From Candidatus Bathyarchaeota archaeon (lineage in GTDB: Archaea; Thermoproteota; Bathyarchaeia; Bathyarchaeales; Bathycorpusculaceae), in the NCBI GenBank assembly GCA_963827165.1, contig CAWGZR010000011.1, forward strand, positions 1 to 64,000: DNA of 64,000 bases, read 5' to 3'. The translations under genes and the position numbers were made by a program. The notes beneath the pieces are model-generated. The model made no database searches, was not told the origin of the DNA, and was given only the letters and a program-made list of their open reading frames with translations. Of the stretch, positions 40,970 to 51,010 are shown one piece after another (positions within the stretch are counted from its first letter, which is position 1; each line of letters opens with the position of its first letter).

Positions 40970-41089
40970 TTAAGGTAGCTTGCCTAAAATCCTGTCGAGC
41001 TTCTCATCCATCTCTCTTAGTTTTCGCTCCATTTTGGTTATTTTACTTTCTATATCCTTTACTTTGTTTAAAGTAGCATATTCAGTCAT
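40970..41089 (-). CDS. 39-aa coiled-coil peptide
   Basis: MTEYATLNKVKDIESKITKMERKLREMDEKLDRILGKLP; inside the transposon. Confidence 0.4.
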   Translation of the reverse strand: MTEYATLNKVKDIESKITKMERKLREMDEKLDRILGKLP

Positions 41090-41209
41090 TTTTCTTCCCA
41101 AGCGTTAGTTTATCTGAAAAAATAACAAAAGGTTTGCGGAAGAATTAGTTGGGTAACTTAACTTAACAGTATCGGGGTGCCGTAAAGGCTTTAAGCAACC
41201 TCTTAAACT

Positions 41210-41224
41210 TATAACAGTGTTATA
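41210..41224. promoter_or_regulatory. operator TATAAC-AGT-GTTATA
   Basis: perfect copy between a TATA-like CTTTAAG and the cysK ATG. Confidence 0.85.
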
Positions 41225-41238
41225 AGGCAGTGTGTGAC

Positions 41239-42190
41239 ATGAAGATAAACAATAACGTTTTAGAAACGATAGGAAAAACACCACTCGTACGCCTAAATCG
41301 AATGGCCGAAGGCATAGATGCAACCGTCGTCGGCAAACTCGAATCAAGAAACCCGGGCGGAAGCGTTAAAGACCGCATATGCCAAAGCATGATTGCCGAA
41401 GCAGAAAAACAAAGTTTAATCAAACCAGGTACAACAATCGTTGAGCCAACCTCAGGTAACACAGGCATCGGCTTAGCGATGGTCGCAGCCGTAAAAGGCT
41501 ACAAACTAATACTCACTATGCCAGAGACCATGAGCACAGAGCGACGCAACCTGCTCAAAGCATATGGTGCACAGCTTGTTCTCACGCCAGGGCCCGAAGG
41601 TATGGGTGGAGCAATTAAGAAAGCCGATGAAATAGCTGCATTAACACCTAACAGTTTTGTTCCGCAGCAATTCAAAAATTTAGCTAACCCAAAAATTCAC
41701 CGTGAAACTACAGGCCCAGAAATCTGGGAAGATACTGATGGAAAAGTGGACATTCTTAGTGTCGGGTGTTGGCACCGGTGGAACAATAACGGGCGTGGCG
41801 CAGTACATTAAGCCCCTAAAACCAGCCTTCAAAGCCGTGGCTGTCGAACCAGCCGCTTCGCCAGTGCTGAGCGGAGGACAGAAAGGACCGCACAAAATTC
41901 AGGGGATAGGCGCCGGCTTTAAACCCGACGTGTTAAAACTCGATCTGGTGGACGAAATATTCAAAGTAACGGATGACGAGGCTATCAAGACGGCGAGGCA
42001 ACTGGCGCAAAAAGAAGGCTTACTTGTAGGCATATCTTCGGGTGCAGCAGCGTATGCCGCGCTTGAAATCGCGAAGCGACCAGAAAACAAGGGCAAACTC
42101 ATCGTTGCCATTTTGCCAGACACAGGCGAACGCTACCTTAGCACTGTATTGTTCCAAGAGCCAGCAACAAGCGCAACCCCAAACATTTAG
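41239..42190 (+). CDS. cysK: cysteine synthase A (one +1 frameshift)
   Basis: [31 protein letters not shown] and DTGERYLST motifs; frame break at ~41757. Confidence 0.88.
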
Positions 42191-42249
42191 TTCCCATAGC
42201 AAGTTTTTTTTATATCGCCCTTTTTTAATTATGCAAGTTGGAAAGAAAT

Positions 42250-43308
42250 ATGGCGGCAAAAACTGAAAAATCCCTCCTTAAAAGAACCAGCAAAGCAGAT
42301 CAAAACGCAGAAGCTGATTCGTGGACTCCTGAGCGAATGCTTGATGCACTCATGAGCAAGCAAGCTGAAGTTGAGCAGGATTGGGTGGAGAGGGGGTTGC
42401 CGAAACTTGTGGATGAAATGGTGGTTAACTACGAAAAGTTCGGCGGTATGGACCACCTCACTGGGCGAGATCTTCCTTCTAAAGAAGTGGTTGTCGAAGT
42501 GCTTGAAGATCTGTTCACGATCCTTTTCCCCGGCTATTTGGGCAAAGAAGAAATCACCAAAGCCAACATACGCTACTATCTTGGCACCAAGCTAAACTCG
42601 GTTTATGGCAAACTCACAGGTGAAGTTGAGAAAAGCCTGAAATATATTTGCCGAAAAGCCGGGACGTGCCCTCAGGACGTTTGCCAATCTCGCGCTCACG
42701 TTGTCGTTAAAGAGCTTCTTGAGCAACTTCCTGAAATAAGGTCCATGCTTAGCGGTGATATTCAAGCGGCTTATGCAGGTGACCCAGCGGCTGTGAGTAC
42801 CGATGAAGTTATCTTGAGCTACCCGTGTGTGCTTGCCATTACAACTTATCGCATAGCGCATGTGCTCTACCTTGACGGAGTGCCTTTGATTCCACGAATA
42901 ATGAGCGAGCACATTCACTCATTGACGGGCATCGACATTCATCCAGGTGCAACGATCGGCGAAAACTTCTTCATCGATCATGGCACAGGCGTCGTCATCG
43001 GCGAAACTACCGAAATAGGTGACAACGTAAAACTTTACCAAGGTATAACGTTGGGTGCTCTAAGTTTTCCGAAAGATGAGAAAGGCAACATCATAAAGGG
43101 CAGAAAAAGGCATCCAACGATTGGAAACAACGTCGTCATCTATTCAGGAGCGACAATTCTTGGACCCAACGCCGTAATCGGCAATGACGTAGTGATCGGC
43201 GGCAACGTTTGGATAACGTCGCCCGTTGCTTCAGGAACAACCATAACTATCACAGCTCCAGAACAGAATTACAAAAAAGAAAATCACGACAAAAACACTA
43301 AGACTTGA
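42250..43308 (+). CDS. cysE: serine O-acetyltransferase
   Basis: [26 protein letters not shown] and RHPT motifs. Confidence 0.92.
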   Translation: MAAKTEKSLLKRTSKADQNAEADSWTPERMLDALMSKQAEVEQDWVERGLPKLVDEMVVNYEKFGGMDHLTGRDLPSKEVVVEVLEDLFTILFPGYLGKEEITKANIRYYLGTKLNSVYGKLTGEVEKSLKYICRKAGTCPQDVCQSRAHVVVKELLEQLPEIRSMLSGDIQAAYAGDPAAVSTDEVILSYPCVLAITTYRIAHVLYLDGVPLIPRIMSEHIHSLTGIDIHPGATIGENFFIDHGTGVVIGETTEIGDNVKLYQGITLGALSFPKDEKGNIIKGRKRHPTIGNNVVIYSGATILGPNAVIGNDVVIGGNVWITSPVASGTTITITAPEQNYKKENHDKNTKT

Positions 43309-43878
43309 GCTCCGGGCTTGGTTCAACCGCCGCTTCCGTGATGATTATTCACGAGTCATCTTGTTTCATATTCTGCTTTCCTATTTTCTATTCAGCAATC
43401 ATTGATCTTCATTGTCTGAAGCGTCTTTTCAAAGGCTTTTTAAGGTATATTTGGTTTAGATTAAATAGAGGTTTTTTCAAATGTCCGAAGATTTTGATCT
43501 TGACGATTTCAACATGATCGATATGAGAGCAAAAAAAAGTTCTTTGAAGCTTTATCGAAATTTGATAAGGGTGAATTAGTGAAAGGGGAATTGATCCATA
43601 AAAGAACGGGGTTAATTCCCGCTGAGGTAAATGATGCAGTTAGGGATTTGGCAAAATCTTTGCACGTGAATATATCGGATGCCTTGAAGAATTTGGCACC
43701 TTATGATTTTTATGCAGTGGAAATCAAAGATTTTGGAGGCAAGTGATGGAACAATTCGGGTAAACGGTAGACATAGGTAGTTACCCCTTGAAAAAAAGGG
43801 TTTCTTGCTTGATATGCTCATGATTTCGGCTTAAGTAAGCTTATATAAAAGGCTGAGAAAGATTTGAGCGCAGGTTTC

Positions 43879-43954
43879 GCCTAGGTGGCCGAGTCGCATA
43901 AGCAATCGCCTGCAGAGCGATTTTACAAGGGTTCAATTCCCTTCCTAGGCTCCA
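43879..43954 (+). tRNA. tRNA-Cys(GCA), copy 2, with atypical D arm
   Basis: acceptor GCCTAGG/CCTAGGC, ATCGC-CT-GCA-GA-GCGAT, T73, CCA; D loop lacks GG. Confidence 0.85.
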
Positions 43955-44076
43955 TCTCATTTTCCTCATGCCTTCTTGGATGGTTACTTCTCTAATTTCC
44001 GTCCCGCAACGTGAAAGGCGAGGTTTTTTTGGTATAGTGTTTATATTACTTTACCTTGATTTATTGAAAACGAAGA

Positions 44077-46575
44077 GTGAAACCGATGCAATCTTGGCCT
44101 AAAGAATACAACTTTCTCGAAATTGAGCGTAAATGGCAGCAGAAATGGGATGAAACGGGCATTTTCCGCTACGACTGGAACGATTCCAAGCGGGTTCCAT
44201 TCAGCATAGATACACCTCCGCCTTATCCGTCGGGCGAGTTGCATATGGGTAACGTCCTGAACTGGACATACTTTGACATGGTTGCCCGTTACAAGCGGAT
44301 GCAGGGGTTTAACGTGCTGTTTCCGCAGGGCTGGGACTGCCACGGTTTAGGCATAGAAATCCAAGTTGAAAAACAAAATAACATTCGCAAAAGGGATTTG
44401 CCTTCTGACAAATTCCGTGACATGTGTATTGCTTTGGTTGAAAAGTACATTGCCCTGATGAAGGAAGGCATCCTCCGGCTGGGTTGCAGCATCGACTGGA
44501 CCACTGAGTATCGAACCATGGACCCCGACTATTGGCGCCGCACCCAACTCAGTTTCATTCTCCTCCACAAGAAAGGTTTCATGTATCAGGGAACGCATCC
44601 CGTGAACTGGTGCCCACACGACGAAACCGCCATAGCCGACGCAGAAGTTGACTACATCAAAAAAGAAGGTACTCTGCATTACATCCGTTTTCAAGTTGCG
44701 GAAACAAAGGATTATCTGATGATTGCGACTTCAAGACCCGAGTTCATACCCGCCTGCGTCGCGATTGAAGTGAACCCAAATGATGAGCGGTACCGCAAGT
44801 ACATCGGCAAAACGGTTATCGTTCCCATAGTAAACCGTTCTGTCACAGTTATTTCTGATGAATGCGTTGACCCTGCTTTCGGTACAGGTGTCGTTATGAT
44901 TTGCACCTACGGCGACAAAGAAGATGTCAAAACCGTACTGAAAAACAAACTTCCCGTTATCACTCTACTCACTGAGAACGGACGCATCACCGAAAACGGC
45001 GGTAAATATGCGGGCTTATACATTAATCAGGCAAGGGTCGCAATCGTCAAAGATCTGACGGATGCTGGTTCGATGGAGAAAACCGAAAAAATTAGCCAGG
45101 AAGTCGGCGTCTGCGACCGATGCAAAGCCCAAGTGGAAATTCTTGAGCGCAAGCAATGGTTTATGGAAACGCGCAAACTTACAGACGCAATTGAAAAAAC
45201 GGCTAACGAAATTATGTGGTACCCTGACTTTATGAAGAACAGGCTTATCGACTGGGCGAAGTCGCTGGATTGGGATTGGGTCATCAGCCGCCAACGAATT
45301 TTTGCAACTCCGATTCCAGTTTGGTTCTGCAAAAACTGCGGGGGACTAATCCTAGCCGACGAGCAGTGGGTGCCCATCGACCCCAAACTTGAGGGTCCAC
45401 GCATCAGCAGCTGCCCAAAATGCGGCGGAAAAGAATTCGTTCCCGAAACCGACGTTTTCGACACATGGATGGATTCTTCGATAACCTGCGCCGTACATGC
45501 TGGTTGGCCCGACCGAGCCGATTGGCGCAGGCTTTTCCCAGCTAGCATTCATCCATCGGGCACAGACATTATTCGAACATGGGCTTACTACCTTATGGTT
45601 AGGCATCTTGCGCTGTTTAACGAAACGCCGTTTAAGAGCGTTCTTATCAACGGGATGGTGCTGGGTCAAGATGGCAGAAAAATGAGCAAATCCCTCAAAA
45701 ACTACATGGCGGCTCCCGAAGCACTCAACAAGTACGGTGCAGACGCTATTCGCCAGTGGGCAGCAGGGGGTGGAGCAACTGGTTCAGACATTCCTTACCG
45801 CGTACAAGACGTTGAATATGGAAGACGATTTTTGGTTAAGCTGTGGAATGCATCAGGGTTCGCAATCAAACTCCTTGCAGATTACCAACCTGACAGCGAG
45901 GCGCCAATGGATCTTCAGCTCTTGGACCGCTGGATGATCAGCCAAACTGAAAACGTAATTAAAAGAGTGACTGAAGCCTACGAAAAATGCCAATTCAACA
46001 TTGCAATGGAAGAAATCCGCAACTTCACTTGGCACATGCTCTGCGACTCCTACTTGGAAGCCGTCAAAGACAGACTCTACAGACCTCAGTCTTCAGGGCA
46101 AGCCCAAAAAGTCGCCGCTCAACACGTACTTTACAATGTATTATACCGTGTACTGCAGCTACTATCACCTGTAGTTCCACACTTAACCGAAGAAATATAC
46201 CAGTGCATTTACGCTGGCGCAATGGGCTTCAGCAGCCTACACGTTTCCCCTTGGCCCCACTGCGACCAGTCAATGATAGACGAGGTAGCAGAAAAGCAAG
46301 GCAACATCATAATGGGATTAATCAGCGAGGTCAGACGGGAAAAAGCAGAAAAACGCATGCCGCTTAACACGCCAATCAAAGTCTTAACAGTTTACGCTGG
46401 CGAAGAATCGGTGACTGAAGCCATCAAAAGCGAGTTAGTGGATATTTGCGGCGCATGCAAGGTGGAAAACCTCAAAGTTTTGCCTTCTGAAGGAGAAGGT
46501 AGAGCGTTGGCGCAGTTCCCCACCGTGCACTTCGCAGCCGAATATGCGCCGCCAGTCGCCAGCCAGAAAACCTAA
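44077..46575 (+). CDS. valS: valyl-tRNA synthetase
   Basis: DTPPPYPSGELHMGN, DWVISRQR, DTWMDS and KMSKS motifs. Confidence 0.95.
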   Translation: MKPMQSWPKEYNFLEIERKWQQKWDETGIFRYDWNDSKRVPFSIDTPPPYPSGELHMGNVLNWTYFDMVARYKRMQGFNVLFPQGWDCHGLGIEIQVEKQNNIRKRDLPSDKFRDMCIALVEKYIALMKEGILRLGCSIDWTTEYRTMDPDYWRRTQLSFILLHKKGFMYQGTHPVNWCPHDETAIADAEVDYIKKEGTLHYIRFQVAETKDYLMIATSRPEFIPACVAIEVNPNDERYRKYIGKTVIVPIVNRSVTVISDECVDPAFGTGVVMICTYGDKEDVKTVLKNKLPVITLLTENGRITENGGKYAGLYINQARVAIVKDLTDAGSMEKTEKISQEVGVCDRCKAQVEILERKQWFMETRKLTDAIEKTANEIMWYPDFMKNRLIDWAKSLDWDWVISRQRIFATPIPVWFCKNCGGLILADEQWVPIDPKLEGPRISSCPKCGGKEFVPETDVFDTWMDSSITCAVHAGWPDRADWRRLFPASIHPSGTDIIRTWAYYLMVRHLALFNETPFKSVLINGMVLGQDGRKMSKSLKNYMAAPEALNKYGADAIRQWAAGGGATGSDIPYRVQDVEYGRRFLVKLWNASGFAIKLLADYQPDSEAPMDLQLLDRWMISQTENVIKRVTEAYEKCQFNIAMEEIRNFTWHMLCDSYLEAVKDRLYRPQSSGQAQKVAAQHVLYNVLYRVLQLLSPVVPHLTEEIYQCIYAGAMGFSSLHVSPWPHCDQSMIDEVAEKQGNIIMGLISEVRREKAEKRMPLNTPIKVLTVYAGEESVTEAIKSELVDICGACKVENLKVLPSEGEGRALAQFPTVHFAAEYAPPVASQKT

Positions 46576-46584
46576 GCTTCTCTC

Positions 46585-47403
46585 TTATTTTTTCATTGTT
46601 CTTGCGGCTTCTTTAAGTTCAAAGGCGGCTGCTTCCAATTCCTTAAGCATGGTGGAAGTGTCTTCTTGGTTTTTTCGGATTATATCGATGAATGCACTTC
46701 CCACTATGACGCCGTTGGCTCCCGCCTCGACGATTCGTTTTACGTGGCGCGGTTTTGAGATTCCGAAACCCACTGCCAGATTGATCTTTCCCGCTGTGAC
46801 AGGGAGAACCCGTTTTACAAGTTGGATTGTTGAATCTTCCACAGATGTTTTGGCACCCGTCACGCCGAAGTGAGAAACAAGGTAGACAAACCCCGAAGAG
46901 CACTGAACTATTTTTTTGAGCCGCTCAGGCGTAGTAGATGGAGCTGCCAGAAAAATCGTGTCCAACCCATAGTCTGAAGCAGCTTTCCGAAAATCGCCTG
47001 CTTCTTCAACTGGTAAATCGGGAACAATGACGCCATCGACCAAGTATTCTTTGGCTAAACCGCAGAACCTATTCAACCCTAACCTGAAAACTGGATTGTA
47101 ATAAGTCATTATCACGATTGGCGTGTCGTGGTTTTCACGTATTTCTTTTGCGATTTGCAACACTTTTTGAGGCGTCGTGCCCGAAGCTAACGCTCTGACG
47201 CTTGCAGCCTGAATTGTCGGTCCATCCACTATCGGGTCAGAAAACGGCAACCCCAACTCCAAAACATCTACGCCTCCTTTAATCAGGGCGCCTGCAATTT
47301 TCGGTGTAAATCCCGGATTTGGGTCACCAGCCATAACGTACCCGACAAGTGCACCGCAGCCGCGTGATCTGGCTTTTTCGAAAGCACCCTTTATGGCGCT
47401 CAT
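46585..47403 (-). CDS. trpA: tryptophan synthase alpha
   Basis: [15 protein letters not shown] and GFGIS motifs. Confidence 0.95.
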   Translation of the reverse strand: MSAIKGAFEKARSRGCGALVGYVMAGDPNPGFTPKIAGALIKGGVDVLELGLPFSDPIVDGPTIQAASVRALASGTTPQKVLQIAKEIRENHDTPIVIMTYYNPVFRLGLNRFCGLAKEYLVDGVIVPDLPVEEAGDFRKAASDYGLDTIFLAAPSTTPERLKKIVQCSSGFVYLVSHFGVTGAKTSVEDSTIQLVKRVLPVTAGKINLAVGFGISKPRHVKRIVEAGANGVIVGSAFIDIIRKNQEDTSTMLKELEAAAFELKEAARTMKK

Positions 47404-48596
47404 ATCTTCTCCCCCAAGTAATCAGCGATTGTTTCGACATCTTTATCTCCACGTCCAGAAAGCGTCACAACAATTGACTGGGTTTTTTTCAGTTTAGCCG
47501 CAAGCTTAATGGCGAAAGCTACGGCGTGCGCTGATTCTAAAGCAGGCAGGATTCCTTCCTCTCTCGATAGGGTCAAGAAAGCCTCCACCGCCTCCTTGTC
47601 AGTTGCCGAGGCGTACTGCGCTCGCTTGATGGTTTTGAGGAAGGAGTGTTCAGGTCCAACACCGGGATAATCTAAACCTGCTGAAACGCTGCTTGTGTTC
47701 TGGATTTGCCCGTTCTGATCCTGCAAAACATAAGTAAGCATACCATGGAATACCCCTTCGGTTCCCGCGCCAAGAGATGCCGCATGTTTGCCGGTTTCTA
47801 AACCTTCACCCGCAGCTTCAACGCCGTAAAGCGCGACGGATTCGTCGTTTTCGAAAGGGTAGAAGGTGCCCATCGCGTTGCTTCCGCCACCGACGCAAGC
47901 GACGAGGGCGTCCGGGAGGCGTTGTTCTTTTTGTTGGAATTGCAGTTTGATTTCCATGCCGATTACGCTTTGGAAATCGCGTACAATCATCGGGTATGGG
48001 TGAGGTCCAACAACGCTGCCGATCAAATAGTATGTGGTTTCGAGGTTGGTTACCCAGTCGCGAAAAGCCTCGTTGATCGAGTCCTTAAGTGTTTTTGACC
48101 CGGCTTTGACGGGATGTACTTCGGCGCCGAGGAGTTTCATGCGGAAAACGTTCAGCCGTTGCCGCTCGCAATCCTCTGTTCCCATGTAAACCTCAGCTTT
48201 CAACCCTAAAGCGGCGCATGCAATCGCCGTTGCCACGCCGTGCTGTCCTGCTCCCGTCTCAGCTATTACACGGCATTTGCCCATCCGCTTGGCGAGTAGC
48301 GCCTGCCCAATTGTATTGTTTATTTTGTGGGCTCCACCATGGGCGAGGTCTTCGCGTTTAAGGTAGATTTTGGCGCCTCCTGATTTGTGAGTCAAGTTTT
48401 CAGCAAGGTAGAGGGGGGTTGGTCTGCCTACGAATTCGAATAGGTAATCATCCAGCTGCTTTTGAAATGCCGAGTCTTTTCTTGCTTCTGTGTAAGCTTC
48501 TTCTAGCTCCTTGATTGCCGCCATTAGAACTTCGGGGACAAAGCGTCCGCCGTATTTGCCATATTTCCCATCGACAGGATAATCGGTTAACTTCAT
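47400..48596 (-). CDS. trpB: tryptophan synthase beta
   Basis: [16 protein letters not shown] and GLDYPGVGP motifs. Confidence 0.96.
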   Translation of the reverse strand: MKLTDYPVDGKYGKYGGRFVPEVLMAAIKELEEAYTEARKDSAFQKQLDDYLFEFVGRPTPLYLAENLTHKSGGAKIYLKREDLAHGGAHKINNTIGQALLAKRMGKCRVIAETGAGQHGVATAIACAALGLKAEVYMGTEDCERQRLNVFRMKLLGAEVHPVKAGSKTLKDSINEAFRDWVTNLETTYYLIGSVVGPHPYPMIVRDFQSVIGMEIKLQFQQKEQRLPDALVACVGGGSNAMGTFYPFENDESVALYGVEAAGEGLETGKHAASLGAGTEGVFHGMLTYVLQDQNGQIQNTSSVSAGLDYPGVGPEHSFLKTIKRAQYASATDKEAVEAFLTLSREEGILPALESAHAVAFAIKLAAKLKKTQSIVVTLSGRGDKDVETIADYLGEKI

Positions 48597-49372
48597 TTTG
48601 CTTTCACAAACTCCGTCACTTTTTCTTCAATATTGCCGCTTGACATGATCGATGAGCCGATAAGAAAAGCCCTGGCGCCACTTGCACGCAGGAAATTTAT
48701 GTCAGCAGGCATTTTTATTCCGCTTTCACTTACCACCAGTTTTCCGTTTGAACTGTTTTTCTCCAAAATCTCTTTAGTGACGTTCAAATCCACCTTAAGA
48801 GTTGCTAAGTCACGGTTGTTTATCCCAACCAAATCCGCATCCGTCTTAGTGGCAGACCTGAACTCCTCTTCAGTGTGGGTTTCAAGAAGCACCTCAAGGC
48901 CAAGGGTATGCGCGCCAGCAATCATTTCGGCAAGGGTCTTCTCAGAGTAGCCGCGATCAAAAAGCGTCTTAATAAGCAGGATCGCGTTTGCTCCCATCTT
49001 TGCTGCAGCGTACACCTGTACAGGGCTAAGAATAATGTCTTTCATCAAAAGGGGAATTTGTACGGCTTCTCTCGCAGCGGCGAAAGCATCCAGGCTTCCG
49101 TCGAAATGTTTCGGCTCGGTCAAAATCGACAAAGCAACGGCTCCGCCCCTTTGCATTGCCCCTGCAATTTCAGCCGAGTCAACGTTCTGCCTGATTTTCC
49201 CCGCTGATGGGGAAGCGGTTTTGATTTCCGCAAGGACCGGTACCGCTCGGCATTGTATAATCGCTTCCCGGAGGTTCAGGCCCCTGCTTTCCGCCTGCTT
49301 CGCGCAATCGTAGTATCCATCTTCGATGGTTACTTGCGCGACCCCGGCCAATACATCAAGATAGTCATTCAT
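48593..49372 (-). CDS. trpC: indole-3-glycerol phosphate synthase
   Basis: [20 protein letters not shown] and VSESGI motifs. Confidence 0.93.
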   Translation of the reverse strand: MNDYLDVLAGVAQVTIEDGYYDCAKQAESRGLNLREAIIQCRAVPVLAEIKTASPSAGKIRQNVDSAEIAGAMQRGGAVALSILTEPKHFDGSLDAFAAAREAVQIPLLMKDIILSPVQVYAAAKMGANAILLIKTLFDRGYSEKTLAEMIAGAHTLGLEVLLETHTEEEFRSATKTDADLVGINNRDLATLKVDLNVTKEILEKNSSNGKLVVSESGIKMPADINFLRASGARAFLIGSSIMSSGNIEEKVTEFVKAK

Positions 49373-50426
49373 ACATTGCTTCATACTCCTCAAGCTTGGT
49401 TAAGTTCCCGCCTGAAGCTCTTATTAACGCTATAAGTTTTTCGTAGGCTGCCCCGCTGAAGATTGATTTGCGGGCTAGCTCCATGCCGCATAAGAAGTTA
49501 TCTGCTTTGCCGCCTAAAACGATTCCCGCTGCGCTGTTGACTAGTACAAACTCCATTTTCGGGTCATTTGCCGCTATGTTGCCGCTCAAAATTTTGAAGA
49601 GTATTTCCGTGTACTCCTCCGTAGAGGTTGCTTTCAAATCGGTGACACTCGCCTGCTTAACTCCAAAGTCGGTTGGAGACGCTTCGAGCTCGGTGACTTT
49701 GCCATCCTTCAACCATGCAACAGCGGTCTTTCCAACCGTAGAAATTTCATCCAACCCAATCAGTCCGTGGACGACCATTGCTTCATCGCAGCCCAGTCGA
49801 TTCAACGCGTAAGCCATAGTCGAGACCAGTTTAGGGTCGTAAACGCCTAGCAATTGGGCGTTGGCGCCTGCGGGGTTAGTTAATGGCCCGAGAAGGTTAA
49901 AGGCGGTGCGGATGCCGATTTCCCGTCTGGCTTCTGCCGCGTACTTCATAGCTGGATGAAAAGCTGGAGCAAACATGAATCCCACCCCGATCTGCTCTAT
50001 TGTGGCTTTGACCCGCTGAGGCTCTAGATGCAGGTTTAACCCTAGTTTTTCAAGAACGTCGGCGCTTCCGCTTTTGCTGGTCACCGCTCTGTTTCCATGC
50101 TTTGCAACTGGGACGCCTGCGCCCGCGATTACGAAGGCTGCGGCGGTGCTAACGTTGAATGTTTTTATTTTGTCTCCGCCAGTTCCACAGGTGTCCACGA
50201 GTCGACCCTCAATGTGGGGGTGAATTTGGCAGCTTTCCTCACGCATGACAGAAGCAAAAGCGATGAGCTCTTCAACCGCTTCGCCCTTCATCCGCAATGC
50301 GGTTAGGAACGCGGCAGTCTGAGAGTTTGTTGCTTTTCCCGACATGACTTCCCGCATAATTTCGTCTGACTCGAGGCTGGTTAAGCTGTTGCCTTCAATG
50401 AGTTTCTGTATGCCTTCCTGAATCAT
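49365..50426 (-). CDS. trpD: anthranilate phosphoribosyltransferase
   Basis: DTCGTGGD, NVST, KHGNR and SGSAD motifs. Confidence 0.95.
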   Translation of the reverse strand: MIQEGIQKLIEGNSLTSLESDEIMREVMSGKATNSQTAAFLTALRMKGEAVEELIAFASVMREESCQIHPHIEGRLVDTCGTGGDKIKTFNVSTAAAFVIAGAGVPVAKHGNRAVTSKSGSADVLEKLGLNLHLEPQRVKATIEQIGVGFMFAPAFHPAMKYAAEARREIGIRTAFNLLGPLTNPAGANAQLLGVYDPKLVSTMAYALNRLGCDEAMVVHGLIGLDEISTVGKTAVAWLKDGKVTELEASPTDFGVKQASVTDLKATSTEEYTEILFKILSGNIAANDPKMEFVLVNSAAGIVLGGKADNFLCGMELARKSIFSGAAYEKLIALIRASGGNLTKLEEYEAMYE

Positions 50427-51010
50427 CGCCGTGCGCCCTCCAAAAAATTCTTGATGATTAGTTTGCCGTCGTCGCATATGATGGATTCAGGATGGAACTG
50501 TACGCCTTCAATCGGGTACTTGACATGGCGGACCCCCATGATTTCTCCATCTTCGATGCATTCTGCTGAAATTTCGAGGCAATGAGGCAAAGAGTTGCGT
50601 TCTCCAGCCAGGGAATGATACCTGATCCCTGTGAATGGGTTGCGGACTCCTATGAAGATGCCTTTTTGGTCGTGCTTTATGGTGCAGGTTTTCCCGTGCA
50701 TAAGCCGCTTTGCATGAATAACTTTTCCGCCGTAAGCATGAATTATTCCTTGGTGACCAAGACAGACTCCCAAAGTGGGAGTTGTTTGACTCATAGTCTG
50801 AAGGATTCTTGTGCAAACCCCGAAGTACCGTTCGTCCTCGGGTGTACCGGGCCCTGGCGAAATCACTATCCTGTCGGGTTTAAGCTCAATTAACTGTCTC
50901 ATTGTGACTATGTCGTTACGATAAACTATAGGGTCCCCGCCAAGTTCGCCAACGTACTGGACAAGGTTGTAAACGAACGAATCGTAATTGTCAATTACTA
51001 GCACCTTCAC
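50423..51010 (-). CDS. trpG: anthranilate synthase component II
   Basis: IDNYDSF, GVCLGHQ and QFHPES motifs. Confidence 0.95.
   Translation of the reverse strand: MKVLVIDNYDSFVYNLVQYVGELGGDPIVYRNDIVTMRQLIELKPDRIVISPGPGTPEDERYFGVCTRILQTMSQTTPTLGVCLGHQGIIHAYGGKVIHAKRLMHGKTCTIKHDQKGIFIGVRNPFTGIRYHSLAGERNSLPHCLEISAECIEDGEIMGVRHVKYPIEGVQFHPESIICDDGKLIIKNFLEGARR

Larger units (their letters stand above)
36285..41173. mobile_element. 4.9-kb IS6-like cargo transposon
   Basis: perfect 24-bp TIRs GATACTGTTAAGTTAAGTTACCCA (36285-36308; revcomp 41150-41173); TSD GGGGTGCCG at 36276-36284 and 41174-41182; internal DDE transposase. Confidence 0.92.
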
